Origin: an uncultured Bacillota bacterium | Lineage (GTDB): Bacteria > Bacillota_I > Bacilli_A > RF39 > UBA660 | Assembly (NCBI GenBank): GCA_900313725.1 | Contig: OMSK01000099.1 | Coordinates: forward strand, 1-42,212 | Direction of reading: 5' to 3' | Length of the DNA: 42,212 nucleotides | In this document: positions 9,263 through 18,321 of the stretch, piece by piece | Numbering within the stretch: position 1 is the stretch's first letter | Layout of the letters: each line of letters starts with the position of its first letter | Program-made: the position numbers and the translations under genes | The notes under the pieces: model-generated | Seen by the model: the letters and a program-made list of their open reading frames with translations, nothing else | Databases searched by the model: none | What the model was told of the DNA's origin: nothing

Positions 9263-11966
9263 TTCCTAGATATGTTTTAGATATTTTTATTACTTTATTT
9301 AATTCTTTAACTAGATTAGTAAAATCATTTGTAATAAATTCTAATTCTTTATTTTTAGAAGCCATTTCATGTTTATAAGCTGTATCCGCTAAATCATTAA
9401 ATCCTAAGTATCTAGCATCACTCTTTAATGCATGTACTTCAATACTATAATCTTCTAAATTACTTGTATTTTTATATAATTTTAATTTATCAAATCTATC
9501 TTTAATATTGTGTAAAAATTCCATTAGTGTTTCATTATACATTGATTTATCACCAAGTAATTCTAAAGCCTTATCTATATCTACTCCATTATCTTTTAAA
9601 TATTTTATATTATCTTTTGTTTCAGTTACATATACTGGAGAAAATTGAGTAGTTGATTCTATTTTTTTAGAATATGGCTTATCATTAGTAGATTCTTCTT
9701 GTTTTTCATTTTCAAACAAACTTCTAAGTACTCTATCTAATTCTTCTTTATCAATTGGTTTAGATAAATAATCATTGAATCCTTTAGCTAAATATTCTTC
9801 TTTTTGGCCTTCAATAGCATTCGCAGTTAATATTACAACTGGAGTATTAAAATTAGCTTTTTCTTTTAATTTTTCATATGTTTCTACTCCACTCATATTA
9901 GGCATCATATCATCCATAAATATTAAATCATATGTAGAACTATCTACTTTGGATAAACATTCATCACCACTTAATGCTTCATCAATAGTAGGTTTATATT
10001 TTTTTAGAACCATAGAAGCAACTTTAATATTTAATTTATTATCATCAACTACCAAGAATTTTTTATTTGATAAATCTAATTCCTTTTGTTCTATATTTTC
10101 AATAGGTACTTCTTTTTGTTCAACTTTAATATCATTAGTTTTACTATTTTTAAATACTTTAGATAATTCTTCATGTAATTTATCTCTATCTATTGGTTTA
10201 GATAAATATCCATCAAAGCCTTGATCTAAATAATTCTTTTCCATACCTGATATTGCATTAGCTGTTAAAACTACTACTGGTGTATTAAAGTTTTCCATTT
10301 GTTTTAATCTTACTAATGTTTCAGATCCACTCATTCTAGGCATCATATCATCAAGTAATATTAAATCATATTTATTATTTTTTACTTTTTCTAAACAATC
10401 CATACCACTTTCTGATAGTTCTAATGTTGGTTTATATTTTTCTAATACCTTAGTAGCAACTTTTAAGTTTAATTTATTATCATCTACTACTAATATCTTT
10501 TTACCAGTTAAATCTAAATCAACAGTAGTATCAATTACTTTACTTTCTACTACTTCTTTACTTATTTTTTGATCGATTGCTACAGTAAATTTAGAACCTT
10601 TTCCATATGTAGAATGAACTACAATTTTACCACCCATTAAATCAATTAATTGTTTAGTAATAGCAAGACCTAAACCAGTACCTTCTATTGTTGTATTTCT
10701 GTCTTCATCAAGTCTTTGGAATTTAGTAAATAGTTTATTTATATCATCTGCTTTAATTCCTCTACCTGAATCTTCTACGCTTACAATTAGTCTACAAATA
10801 TTATCATTTTTTACACATTTAACACCAAAATCTACATATCCTGTATCTGTATATTTAATAGCATTTGTAAGTAAATTAACAATAATTTTCTTTAAATTAG
10901 CTTGGTCACCTACTAATGTAGAAGGAATATCTTCTGCGATATGTATTCTATAATCTAGTGGTTTTTCACCAAGACGTCCTTTACCAAGTTTTACTATACC
11001 ATCAAGTAATTCATATACATTATATGATGAATTATGAATTTCAATTTTACCTGCTTCAATTTTACTAATATCTAGTATTCCATTTACTATTTCAAGTAAT
11101 GTTTGTGAAGCATTTACTATATCATTAGCATTTTCTTTAGCTTCATCAAGTGAATTAGATGTTTGTATATATTCACTAAATCCTACAATAGCGTTTAGTG
11201 GAGTTCTAATTTCATGAGACATACTAGATAAGAAATCGCTTTTAGCTCTATTTGCTTTATCCGCTTGTTCTCTAGCAATGTTTAGTTGTTCAATCATTTT
11301 AATATCTGGATTTTCAATTGTAAAGTACATTAAGAAAGTTATAAAAGTTTCTGTCGAAGTCATTAATAATAAATCCGGCGATATTTTTTGAATTATCATT
11401 ACAAATGTTGCTAAAAAAACAAAAGCAATTAATGGTAAATACTTCTTAGATTTTAATTTTTTAACATTAACGATCATTGAAGGAACTAAAATAAACACAT
11501 AAATAATTGATAATAAATAAACTAAATCAACACTTAATCCATACGTATATATTCCACGATTATCATTTACATAATTTATTGGTAATATTGATAATGCTAT
11601 TAGTGAAACTATAAACACAATTACTGATAATAATATTATTTTTTTAAATTTTTCATTTTTAATTTTATCACTTTGCTTTTCATCTATATTTAGTATTATT
11701 AAAATATATGCAACCATAAGTAAAAGCCACACAATTAAATAAACCAAGTATGATTTACAAACTATCGTATTTATAATAGGATAATCATTAGCATATTTTA
11801 TACTAAAAAAACAACAAATATGTAATAATTGTCCAATAAAATTAGATATAATCATATATTTATATATTTTATTTTCATAGTTATCTATTCTTTTTTTAGT
11901 AAAATAAACTATTAATAATAAAATTATATCTAATACACCAAATAATTCGAAAAATAATAGTTTCAT
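9258..11966 (-). CDS. Hybrid sensor histidine kinase: ~6-7 TM sensor, HisKA, HATPase_c, two REC domains, C-terminal HPt
   Basis: H-box SHEIRTPLNAI. N/G boxes (LLTNAIKYT, DSGRGI, GTGLGLAI). Two receiver modules (LVVDDNKLNLKV..LLDDMMPRMSG..LTA..K and LVVDDNKLNIKV..FMDDMMPNMSG..LTA..K). HPt histidine in HALKSDARYLGF. The start is set at the ATG at 11966 (RBS AAGAGGGTG) because the track start is a GTG. Confidence 0.9.
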   Translation of the reverse strand: MKLLFFELFGVLDIILLLIVYFTKKRIDNYENKIYKYMIISNFIGQLLHICCFFSIKYANDYPIINTIVCKSYLVYLIVWLLLMVAYILIILNIDEKQSDKIKNEKFKKIILLSVIVFIVSLIALSILPINYVNDNRGIYTYGLSVDLVYLLSIIYVFILVPSMIVNVKKLKSKKYLPLIAFVFLATFVMIIQKISPDLLLMTSTETFITFLMYFTIENPDIKMIEQLNIAREQADKANRAKSDFLSSMSHEIRTPLNAIVGFSEYIQTSNSLDEAKENANDIVNASQTLLEIVNGILDISKIEAGKIEIHNSSYNVYELLDGIVKLGKGRLGEKPLDYRIHIAEDIPSTLVGDQANLKKIIVNLLTNAIKYTDTGYVDFGVKCVKNDNICRLIVSVEDSGRGIKADDINKLFTKFQRLDEDRNTTIEGTGLGLAITKQLIDLMGGKIVVHSTYGKGSKFTVAIDQKISKEVVESKVIDTTVDLDLTGKKILVVDDNKLNLKVATKVLEKYKPTLELSESGMDCLEKVKNNKYDLILLDDMMPRMSGSETLVRLKQMENFNTPVVVLTANAISGMEKNYLDQGFDGYLSKPIDRDKLHEELSKVFKNSKTNDIKVEQKEVPIENIEQKELDLSNKKFLVVDDNKLNIKVASMVLKKYKPTIDEALSGDECLSKVDSSTYDLIFMDDMMPNMSGVETYEKLKEKANFNTPVVILTANAIEGQKEEYLAKGFNDYLSKPIDKEELDRVLRSLFENEKQEESTNDKPYSKKIESTTQFSPVYVTETKDNIKYLKDNGVDIDKALELLGDKSMYNETLMEFLHNIKDRFDKLKLYKNTSNLEDYSIEVHALKSDARYLGFNDLADTAYKHEMASKNKELEFITNDFTNLVKELNKVIKISKTYLGK

Positions 11967-12013
11967 ATTACACCCTCTTATTTTTTTATTCTTACCATAT
12001 ATATATAATATCA

Positions 12014-12045
12014 CAAAAAAAAAAGATAAACAATTGTTTATCTTT
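12014..12045 (-). terminator. Intrinsic terminator of the ANL gene
   Basis: Palindrome AAAGATAAACAATTGTTTATCTTT (12022-12045) overlapping the stop, followed by a U10 run on the minus RNA. Confidence 0.65.
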
Positions 12046-13780
12046 AAATTAAACGTTTTTTTCTATAATAAGCATAATTTTTTTTACCTGCACTTGTTCT
12101 TTGTATTTCGTCTTCAATATTAATTTCAATAGGTTTAGCAAATTCTTCAATCGAATTACACTTTTCATTAACTAGATTAATAATTTTTTCTCTCGATAAA
12201 TTACAATCACTCATTAACGAAATATAAGCAACACTTCTTGGTGTAGCAGATGCATCAGAAGGTACTATAATACAGTCTTCAATATAATCTACAGACGAAA
12301 TTACTTCTTCAACGTTACCTGCATATATTTTAACGAAATTACCTTTTCCATCATCTGTAATAAAATATTCTCTTATTCTTCCACCTAACTTAATAAGTCT
12401 TTTAAACTTTCCATGTACGGAACCATAAGTATCAGAAATAAACCATTTTTTACCATTTTCATCGGTAACGAAACTTTTATTTGTAGCTTCTTCATTATTA
12501 TAATATCCATCAGCTATTGTAGGCCCTGATAAACATAAAATTCCCTCTTTATCATTACCTAAATCTGCATGAGTTTTTGGATCAATTGCCTTTGCTTCAA
12601 TACCATTCATTAACATAAAGTAGTCATTTAATCCAAATTTTAATGCTGTTGCACTACCTAATTCTCCAAATCCAAATCCATCTATAAGTAATGGATCTGC
12701 ATCATGCTCATTTAAAAAATTTAATAATTTTTTCTTTTCTTCTGTTAAATAATGTTCTCCACCAGAAATAACATATTTTAAATATGATAATTTACCAACA
12801 TCTTTTGTATCTTCTATTATTTTATAAAAGTTTGGTATAGCTTGAATACGATCAACTTGATTTTCGTCTAACATATCCATAATTTTCTCATCTTTTGATT
12901 GTAATATTAATGTTTTACCCATTAAAAGAATCATAATTGTACTATTAATTGCGGCATAAGGATATTCATGTGAAACAACACCGACAACTTTTTCAGATTC
13001 ACAACTTTTAACATTAGTGGTTTTTGAAACAATTTTAACCATATTTGTATACACCTTATTTGATATCGAAATAGGTTTAGGTTCTCCACTTGAACCACTT
13101 GTATATAAAATCGAAGCTAAAGCATCTGGATCTTTACATGGTTCATATGAAAGATTACCAATATCACTTTTTTGGATATCATCCCACTCATGAACTTTTA
13201 CCCCTTTATTTTGGATTTTTTCAATTATCGATTTATCACATTTATCCATTAATATTATATCTTTAACTTTTGTATTATCAATAACTCTACTTACAATTTC
13301 AATATTATTTGAATCAGTAAACATTAGTTTTGAGTTAAAATTGTTAATGTTAAATTCCATTTTTTCTTCCTTAGAACCATTAAATATTCTTGAATTAGCT
13401 ATTCCTAACTTATTCATTGAGAAAAACGAAATAATTCCTTCACTACTACTATCTGAACATATAGAAGCTTTATCTCCTTTATTATATTCAATATTTTTAT
13501 AAATATAATCAGCTAATTTATCAACTTCAGTAAGCATTTCCATAAAAGTTATTGCTTTATCCTGTACTAATGCATTTTCATTTTGTATTTTTGGATGACT
13601 TAATACTAAATTTTTAAAGTAAATATATGGTGTTTCACCATTCTTCTTGATTAAAATTTTATGATGATTATTTTCTTTAACAAATTTATAATGTGAACCT
13701 AAATTTTTTAATGTCAATGCATATGTTATTAAATTACTAATTTTTTCATTATTCTTTTTAGATTTAACACTATTTACCAT
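12044..13780 (-). CDS. ANL-superfamily adenylate-forming enzyme (acyl/aryl-CoA ligase-like)
   Basis: AMP-binding core YTSGSSGEPKP, plus GYG/TGD-like downstream motifs and a C-terminal ..AGKKNY Lys. The start at 13780 has RBS AGAGGGG. The upstream ATG at 13816 lies inside the predicted promoter spacer. Confidence 0.85.
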   Translation of the reverse strand: MVNSVKSKKNNEKISNLITYALTLKNLGSHYKFVKENNHHKILIKKNGETPYIYFKNLVLSHPKIQNENALVQDKAITFMEMLTEVDKLADYIYKNIEYNKGDKASICSDSSSEGIISFFSMNKLGIANSRIFNGSKEEKMEFNINNFNSKLMFTDSNNIEIVSRVIDNTKVKDIILMDKCDKSIIEKIQNKGVKVHEWDDIQKSDIGNLSYEPCKDPDALASILYTSGSSGEPKPISISNKVYTNMVKIVSKTTNVKSCESEKVVGVVSHEYPYAAINSTIMILLMGKTLILQSKDEKIMDMLDENQVDRIQAIPNFYKIIEDTKDVGKLSYLKYVISGGEHYLTEEKKKLLNFLNEHDADPLLIDGFGFGELGSATALKFGLNDYFMLMNGIEAKAIDPKTHADLGNDKEGILCLSGPTIADGYYNNEEATNKSFVTDENGKKWFISDTYGSVHGKFKRLIKLGGRIREYFITDDGKGNFVKIYAGNVEEVISSVDYIEDCIIVPSDASATPRSVAYISLMSDCNLSREKIINLVNEKCNSIEEFAKPIEINIEDEIQRTSAGKKNYAYYRKKRLI

Positions 13781-13805
13781 AAATTCCCCTCTTTCAATGC
13801 CGTAT

Positions 13806-13833
13806 ATTATACACATTTTTTGTTATTTGTCAA
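13806..13833 (-). promoter_or_regulatory. Near-consensus sigma-A promoter for the ANL gene
   Basis: Minus strand TTGACA-16 nt-TATAAT, about 25 nt upstream of the 13780 start. Confidence 0.55.
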
Positions 13834-13865
13834 ATTTTTGTTTGCTTTTTATAAAAAAAAGAATT

Positions 13866-14504
13866 TTAGTTCTTCTTTTTTTTCTTTTCTCCTAATTTAT
13901 TATCTAAAAGTTGTACAATGTTTCCATATCCTAAGAAGAATACAAATGTTACTATCATATTTATAGTTACTTTACCTACTCCATAAGCTTCCATATCCAT
14001 AAAAGGATAAGGATAAGTTGCTCCATTTATAAATGTTCCTCCATTAGCTGTATAAATAACTACAAATAATTGATAAGCTATAAGCACAAAACTCCAAATT
14101 AGTGGATATTCTTTCTTTAAATGTCCTTTTTCTCCAAATATTATATAGTCAAATATTACTAAAAGGGGTACTACTATATGTACTATACTGCATTCTAATT
14201 GATGATTTTCAAATACAGAAGCTGCACTACTTGATGATATTAGCAAATTATATACTACCATAGTAAGAGTAATTGATATTGTTACCATACCTTTAATTAT
14301 ATAGTGCATATCACTATTCTTTGTTTTTTTAGTAATCATTAATATTACAAGTACTGTAAAATATATTAAGCATAATAAATTACTTAAATTAGTAAAATAT
14401 AATATTCCTTTTTCAAATGTTAAAAATTTAAAATTTAGATATAATCCTATAGCAGTTACTATAACAATTATAATTCTATATAATAATTTAATCTTTTCCT
14501 TCAT
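13866..14504 (-). CDS. Polytopic membrane protein, FAR-17a/AIG1-like (Pr6Pr-type)
   Basis: About 6 TM. YFTNLSN in TM2 and HIVVPLL in TM4 resemble the conserved Thr/His of the AIG1/ADTRP-like family. Called from memory of the motif only. The start at 14504 has RBS AGGGTG. Confidence 0.4.
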   Translation of the reverse strand: MKEKIKLLYRIIIVIVTAIGLYLNFKFLTFEKGILYFTNLSNLLCLIYFTVLVILMITKKTKNSDMHYIIKGMVTISITLTMVVYNLLISSSSAASVFENHQLECSIVHIVVPLLVIFDYIIFGEKGHLKKEYPLIWSFVLIAYQLFVVIYTANGGTFINGATYPYPFMDMEAYGVGKVTINMIVTFVFFLGYGNIVQLLDNKLGEKKKKKN

Positions 14505-14572
14505 ACTTATACACCCTATTATCATTATAAATCAATATTTTAAAAGGTCAATATTGTTTGTAAAGTGAGTGT

Positions 14573-14603
14573 AAAAAAAAGCTATATTTTTATAACTTTT
14601 TTC
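14573..14603 (-). terminator. Weak AU-rich intrinsic terminator ending cluster A
   Basis: Minus RNA AGUUAUA-AAAA-UAUAGCU (7 bp including one G-U) followed by U8, 13 nt after the NTase-NUDIX stop. Confidence 0.35.
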
Positions 14604-14615
14604 AGCATAAATAAT

Positions 14616-15806
14616 CTAAACCAATAATGAGGCTTTCTTTAAAACATCTTTTTGTTCATTATATGTAAGCATTTCTATTGCTTCTTCTAACAATAACCAC
14701 TTACCATCAACAAAATTTTCTGATATTTGAGGTCTTATTTTTTCCATTTTATCTATTTTAAATAAATATACTTTTATTTTTTTTTCATTTTCTTCAATAT
14801 CTGAAAAGTATCCATATTCACCTATTTTAGTAATAAAACTATGTTTATATAAACTTATATTAGTTTCCTCATATACTTCTCTAATTGCAGCTTCAATAAA
14901 TGTTTCATTCTTCTCTAAATGTCCTTTAGGTAAAACCCAGCAATTATTTATATCTTTTAAAACTGCAACATATTTTTTTCCTTTTAATTCACTTACAACT
15001 ACACCCATACAAGAAATGATTTTTTTGTTTTTTTCTTTTTTATTTTCTATCAATTTAACAATATTTTCAAACACAAATGTATTTATATCTAAAAATTGCT
15101 TAGTCGATTCAGATAATTTATGTTCACTTTTTAATACTTCTCTTATATTAAAATTCAATATTGATTTATCAAACATATTTTTTTCTTCACACAAATTACA
15201 AAAATCGTTAAATACATTTAAATAACCATATGAAAAAATTCCGTTTATATTTAAAATACATTTTAATAATACAACAAATTTTTTTATGTGATTTTTTGAT
15301 AATGAAATCTCATTATTACATAAAGAAATACAATTTCTTCTACAAGTATGAACAATACTAGGTAAATTATTTTTATCATTTTGCTGAATATCCAAATAAC
15401 TTTGTCTTAAAAAATAATTTTTACCATATAATGTTGGATCTAACCCAAGTTGTTCTTTTTCATATATCATTACCTTTGTTTTACTATCAATTAAATTATT
15501 TTTTACTTCATTTAAAGTATATATTGTGACTCCTATATGAATGTCGCAAGATTTATTTTTATTATCAATTATCATAAATTGTTTCACTTGATTAAAATCA
15601 TATTTATCTAAAACAATATATATATCTAAATCAGACCAAAGAGGTATTATTTCTGATTTACCACCAGAACCACCTAAAATAATACTTTTCAGATTTTTAT
15701 TAAATAATCGTTTTGCTAAATCTACTACTTCATCCAGTTTTACTTGATAATTATCAGGTAATCTAAGTGTAGAGTTATCAAAAACATGTTTATTCGATTT
15801 TGACAT
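14616..15806 (-). CDS. Pol-beta-fold nucleotidyltransferase domain fused to a NUDIX hydrolase domain
   Basis: N-terminus ILGGSGGKSEIIPLWSDLDIYIVL matches the G[SG]...DxD pattern of minimal NTases. C-terminus has the NUDIX box GHLEKNETFIEAAIREVYEETNI. RBS GGTGG lies before the ATG at 15806. Confidence 0.8.
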   Translation of the reverse strand: MSKSNKHVFDNSTLRLPDNYQVKLDEVVDLAKRLFNKNLKSIILGGSGGKSEIIPLWSDLDIYIVLDKYDFNQVKQFMIIDNKNKSCDIHIGVTIYTLNEVKNNLIDSKTKVMIYEKEQLGLDPTLYGKNYFLRQSYLDIQQNDKNNLPSIVHTCRRNCISLCNNEISLSKNHIKKFVVLLKCILNINGIFSYGYLNVFNDFCNLCEEKNMFDKSILNFNIREVLKSEHKLSESTKQFLDINTFVFENIVKLIENKKEKNKKIISCMGVVVSELKGKKYVAVLKDINNCWVLPKGHLEKNETFIEAAIREVYEETNISLYKHSFITKIGEYGYFSDIEENEKKIKVYLFKIDKMEKIRPQISENFVDGKWLLLEEAIEMLTYNEQKDVLKKASLLV

Positions 15807-16651
15807 TGTTCCACCACTTTCTTATAATCACTACTATTTTCAATATTTTTTTTGAAATTTTGAAATTTTATATTTAATCTATTAATAAAATAATTATAAT
15901 ATGTTTTTTTATCCTCATCACTAATGTTTTCTTCTGAAATTCTGTTTAATAAAAAAATGAATTGATCAATAAAGTCAGACATTCTAGTTATCTCCTTATT
16001 GAAACTATTTTCTAAGGTTATACTACCACTTCTTTTTATATAATTATATCCTATAAAAGGTATACTCCTAACAGTATGCGCTTTCATTATCAATAATGGA
16101 ATTAGTCCAAAATCCTCATGCGTTTTGTTTTCTAAAAAGAATAAATTATTATCAAAAAAAAGCTTTTTTTTAAAAAGATAACCCCATGGTGTAGCAAAAA
16201 TTTTTTGATGACTGCAAAATTTTCTAAGAACATCATTACCATTTTTTCGAGAAAATAGTTCTGATTCAAATCGTTCAGTACCATTACTACAGAAAAATCG
16301 AAATTTAATGATATCTTCATTATATTTAACTAATTCACTCAGTAAACCTTGATTTATATAATCATCTGAATCCACAAATAATATATATTCGCCAGAACTA
16401 TTTTGTACTCCAATATTTCGAGAAATACTCACTCCTTGATGACTATTTCTAATTATTTTAATTTTAACATCAATTTTAGTTTGAATATTTTCTATAATTA
16501 CTAAAGTATCATCTGTTGATCCATCATCGACAACAATAATCTCAAAATTTTTAAAATCTTGATTAATTATACTATTTAAACATTTTGAAATTGTAAATTG
16601 TGAATTAAATGTTGGAACAATAACTGAAATTTTTATGTTCTTTTTATACAT
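15740..16651 (-). CDS. Family 2 glycosyltransferase (GT-A)
   Basis: ISVIVPTFNS...EIIVVDDGSTDDT and VDSDDY (DxD). Paralogous to the N-terminal half of the 19403-20809 product. Confidence 0.9.
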   Translation of the reverse strand: MYKKNIKISVIVPTFNSQFTISKCLNSIINQDFKNFEIIVVDDGSTDDTLVIIENIQTKIDVKIKIIRNSHQGVSISRNIGVQNSSGEYILFVDSDDYINQGLLSELVKYNEDIIKFRFFCSNGTERFESELFSRKNGNDVLRKFCSHQKIFATPWGYLFKKKLFFDNNLFFLENKTHEDFGLIPLLIMKAHTVRSIPFIGYNYIKRSGSITLENSFNKEITRMSDFIDQFIFLLNRISEENISDEDKKTYYNYFINRLNIKFQNFKKNIENSSDYKKVVEQCQNRINMFLITLHLDYLIIIK

Positions 16652-17886
16652 TTAACTTTCACTTCTTTACTTTTAATATCATCACTGATTTCCGATAATT
16701 GATTTTTAAAATCTCCAACATTTCCATCATTATTTACAATATACGTAAATGGTGTATAAGAAGAATTATCATCAATAACTAATTCATTATTATAAATTGA
16801 TAATTTTTTTAAATTTAGCAAGCCAAATTTTTGTTTATTTCTATCTTTTTTTTCAACCATGTCAGCCACTTCATCTATTGTTATGCTTCGATTCTCTTTT
16901 AATTTCATATATTCACGATATACTCGATTATGATATGATGCTTCAATATAAATTAAATTTACATTATTTTTTAAAATTCTATATATACTCTTTATTGCAT
17001 CTATTCCATACAATGTGTCTAAAACAATAAATTCATTATCATAATGAGAAGAGCTAGTTAACAAAATAAAATCATACCAAAATCTATAAGAATCATTTTT
17101 TTCTTGCTCTTTCATCCACAGATGCTTTTCTAAATTTGAGCCAGAAGATAAATACATCTCATTTAATATATCTCTCATTTTTACATGAACTGAATTTGGT
17201 AAAAGATGTGTCAAATATTCAGAAGCAGTGCTTTTTCCAGATTCGGATACACCAGAAATAAAAATAAATTTTTGATTTTTATTAATGATGCTATCAATTA
17301 TTTTATTAAATACATTATTAATATCATCAACAGCATTTATAATTTGAATATTAGATTTTTTTATCATTTTTTTTGTGACATCATTTAATACTATTTGATA
17401 ATTATGATAATAATCATCATATGAATTAATTTTTGAATCATTTCTTTGTCGTAATCTTTCATTTAGCTTAGTTGTATCATCAATATTAAGAAATAATGAT
17501 AAGTTTTCACTATTTATTCCATATTTCTTCTTTGACATATTTATTTGATTATATATATCAAGATTATTGTATCCTCTCATAAGAAAATTAGCTAAAATAC
17601 GGCAATCAAAAGTAAAAACACCTTTATCATTAATAATTAACTGTTTTTCTTTTTTTATTGCTTCATCATCTCTATATTTTATTCCTCTATAAATTGTGTC
17701 ACAAAATTCTTCAAGTTTACTATCCAAAAACCACCATTTAAAAAAATCATCACCCCTTAAATTTGGAAAAATATTATAATAGCCTATATCATTTGAAAAA
17801 TAACCATAGGGAAAGCGATCCTTCAGTAATTTATATTGCGTTGTTTTGCCACTTCCATCTAAACCATTTAATGATATTTTATACAT
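16633..17886 (-). CDS. Tandem P-loop kinase (thymidylate-kinase-like module plus a second nucleoside/nucleotide-kinase-like module)
   Basis: Walker A 1, LNGLDGSGKTTQ, matches the GxDGxGKTTQ signature of dTMP kinases. Walker A 2, ISGVSESGKSTASEY, lies about 200 aa downstream. RBS AAGGAG. Confidence 0.7.
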   Translation of the reverse strand: MYKISLNGLDGSGKTTQYKLLKDRFPYGYFSNDIGYYNIFPNLRGDDFFKWWFLDSKLEEFCDTIYRGIKYRDDEAIKKEKQLIINDKGVFTFDCRILANFLMRGYNNLDIYNQINMSKKKYGINSENLSLFLNIDDTTKLNERLRQRNDSKINSYDDYYHNYQIVLNDVTKKMIKKSNIQIINAVDDINNVFNKIIDSIINKNQKFIFISGVSESGKSTASEYLTHLLPNSVHVKMRDILNEMYLSSGSNLEKHLWMKEQEKNDSYRFWYDFILLTSSSHYDNEFIVLDTLYGIDAIKSIYRILKNNVNLIYIEASYHNRVYREYMKLKENRSITIDEVADMVEKKDRNKQKFGLLNLKKLSIYNNELVIDDNSSYTPFTYIVNNDGNVGDFKNQLSEISDDIKSKEVKVKCIKRT

Positions 17887-18317
17887 TTTGTTATCTCCTT
17901 ATTATTACCATATTCCATAATAATTTTATCTCTTATTTCATGAGGCACTATATTTAATCCAGACATTTCGTTAATAGGTATTTCAATTGGAATATATAAT
18001 CCTCTATCTTTGTATTCATCAGAACTAAATTCTGGTCCATTTCCGGTTCCAAATGTTCCAGATATCCACTTACATTTGAAAAAATATGTTTTAGTATCTT
18101 TAAAATCTTCAATATATTTCATTTCCTCAACATCTACATTTATTCCTAATTCTTCAAGAACTTCTCTTTTTACTCCTTGTTCTAATATTTCATCTTCTTC
18201 TAAGCCACCACCTGGAAAAACATAATATATATTTTCTTTATTTCCATCAAATCTAACTCTTTTAATCAACAAAACTTTATTATCATGAATTACTATTCCA
18301 CGTACTCTTACATTCAT
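17868..18317 (-). CDS. NUDIX hydrolase
   Basis: NUDIX box GGGLEEDEILEQGVKREVLEELGI. RBS GAGGAGG. Confidence 0.9.
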   Translation of the reverse strand: MNVRVRGIVIHDNKVLLIKRVRFDGNKENIYYVFPGGGLEEDEILEQGVKREVLEELGINVDVEEMKYIEDFKDTKTYFFKCKWISGTFGTGNGPEFSSDEYKDRGLYIPIEIPINEMSGLNIVPHEIRDKIIMEYGNNKEITKCIKYH

Positions 18318-18321
18318 ATTT

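Noticed and set aside
9193-9378. A 61-aa plus-strand ORF spanning the intergenic gap and the 3' end of the kinase gene
   Set aside because: It overlaps the kinase terminator hairpin and the HPt coding region. It has hydrophobic low-complexity sequence and no RBS.
9700-10520. DNA-level repeat within the kinase gene
   Set aside because: It is explained by the two tandem REC domains (an internal domain duplication), not by a mobile or non-coding repeat.
14524-14551. A TTGACC-16-TATAAT promoter-like element upstream of the AIG1-like membrane gene
   Set aside because: It would place the transcription start practically on the RBS, and the element overlaps the alternative ATG. It is too uncertain in this AT-rich context to list as a feature.
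16132-16320. A 62-aa minus-strand ORF inside the GT2 gene in another frame
   Set aside because: It is fully nested in the well-supported GT2 reading frame and has no RBS or motif.
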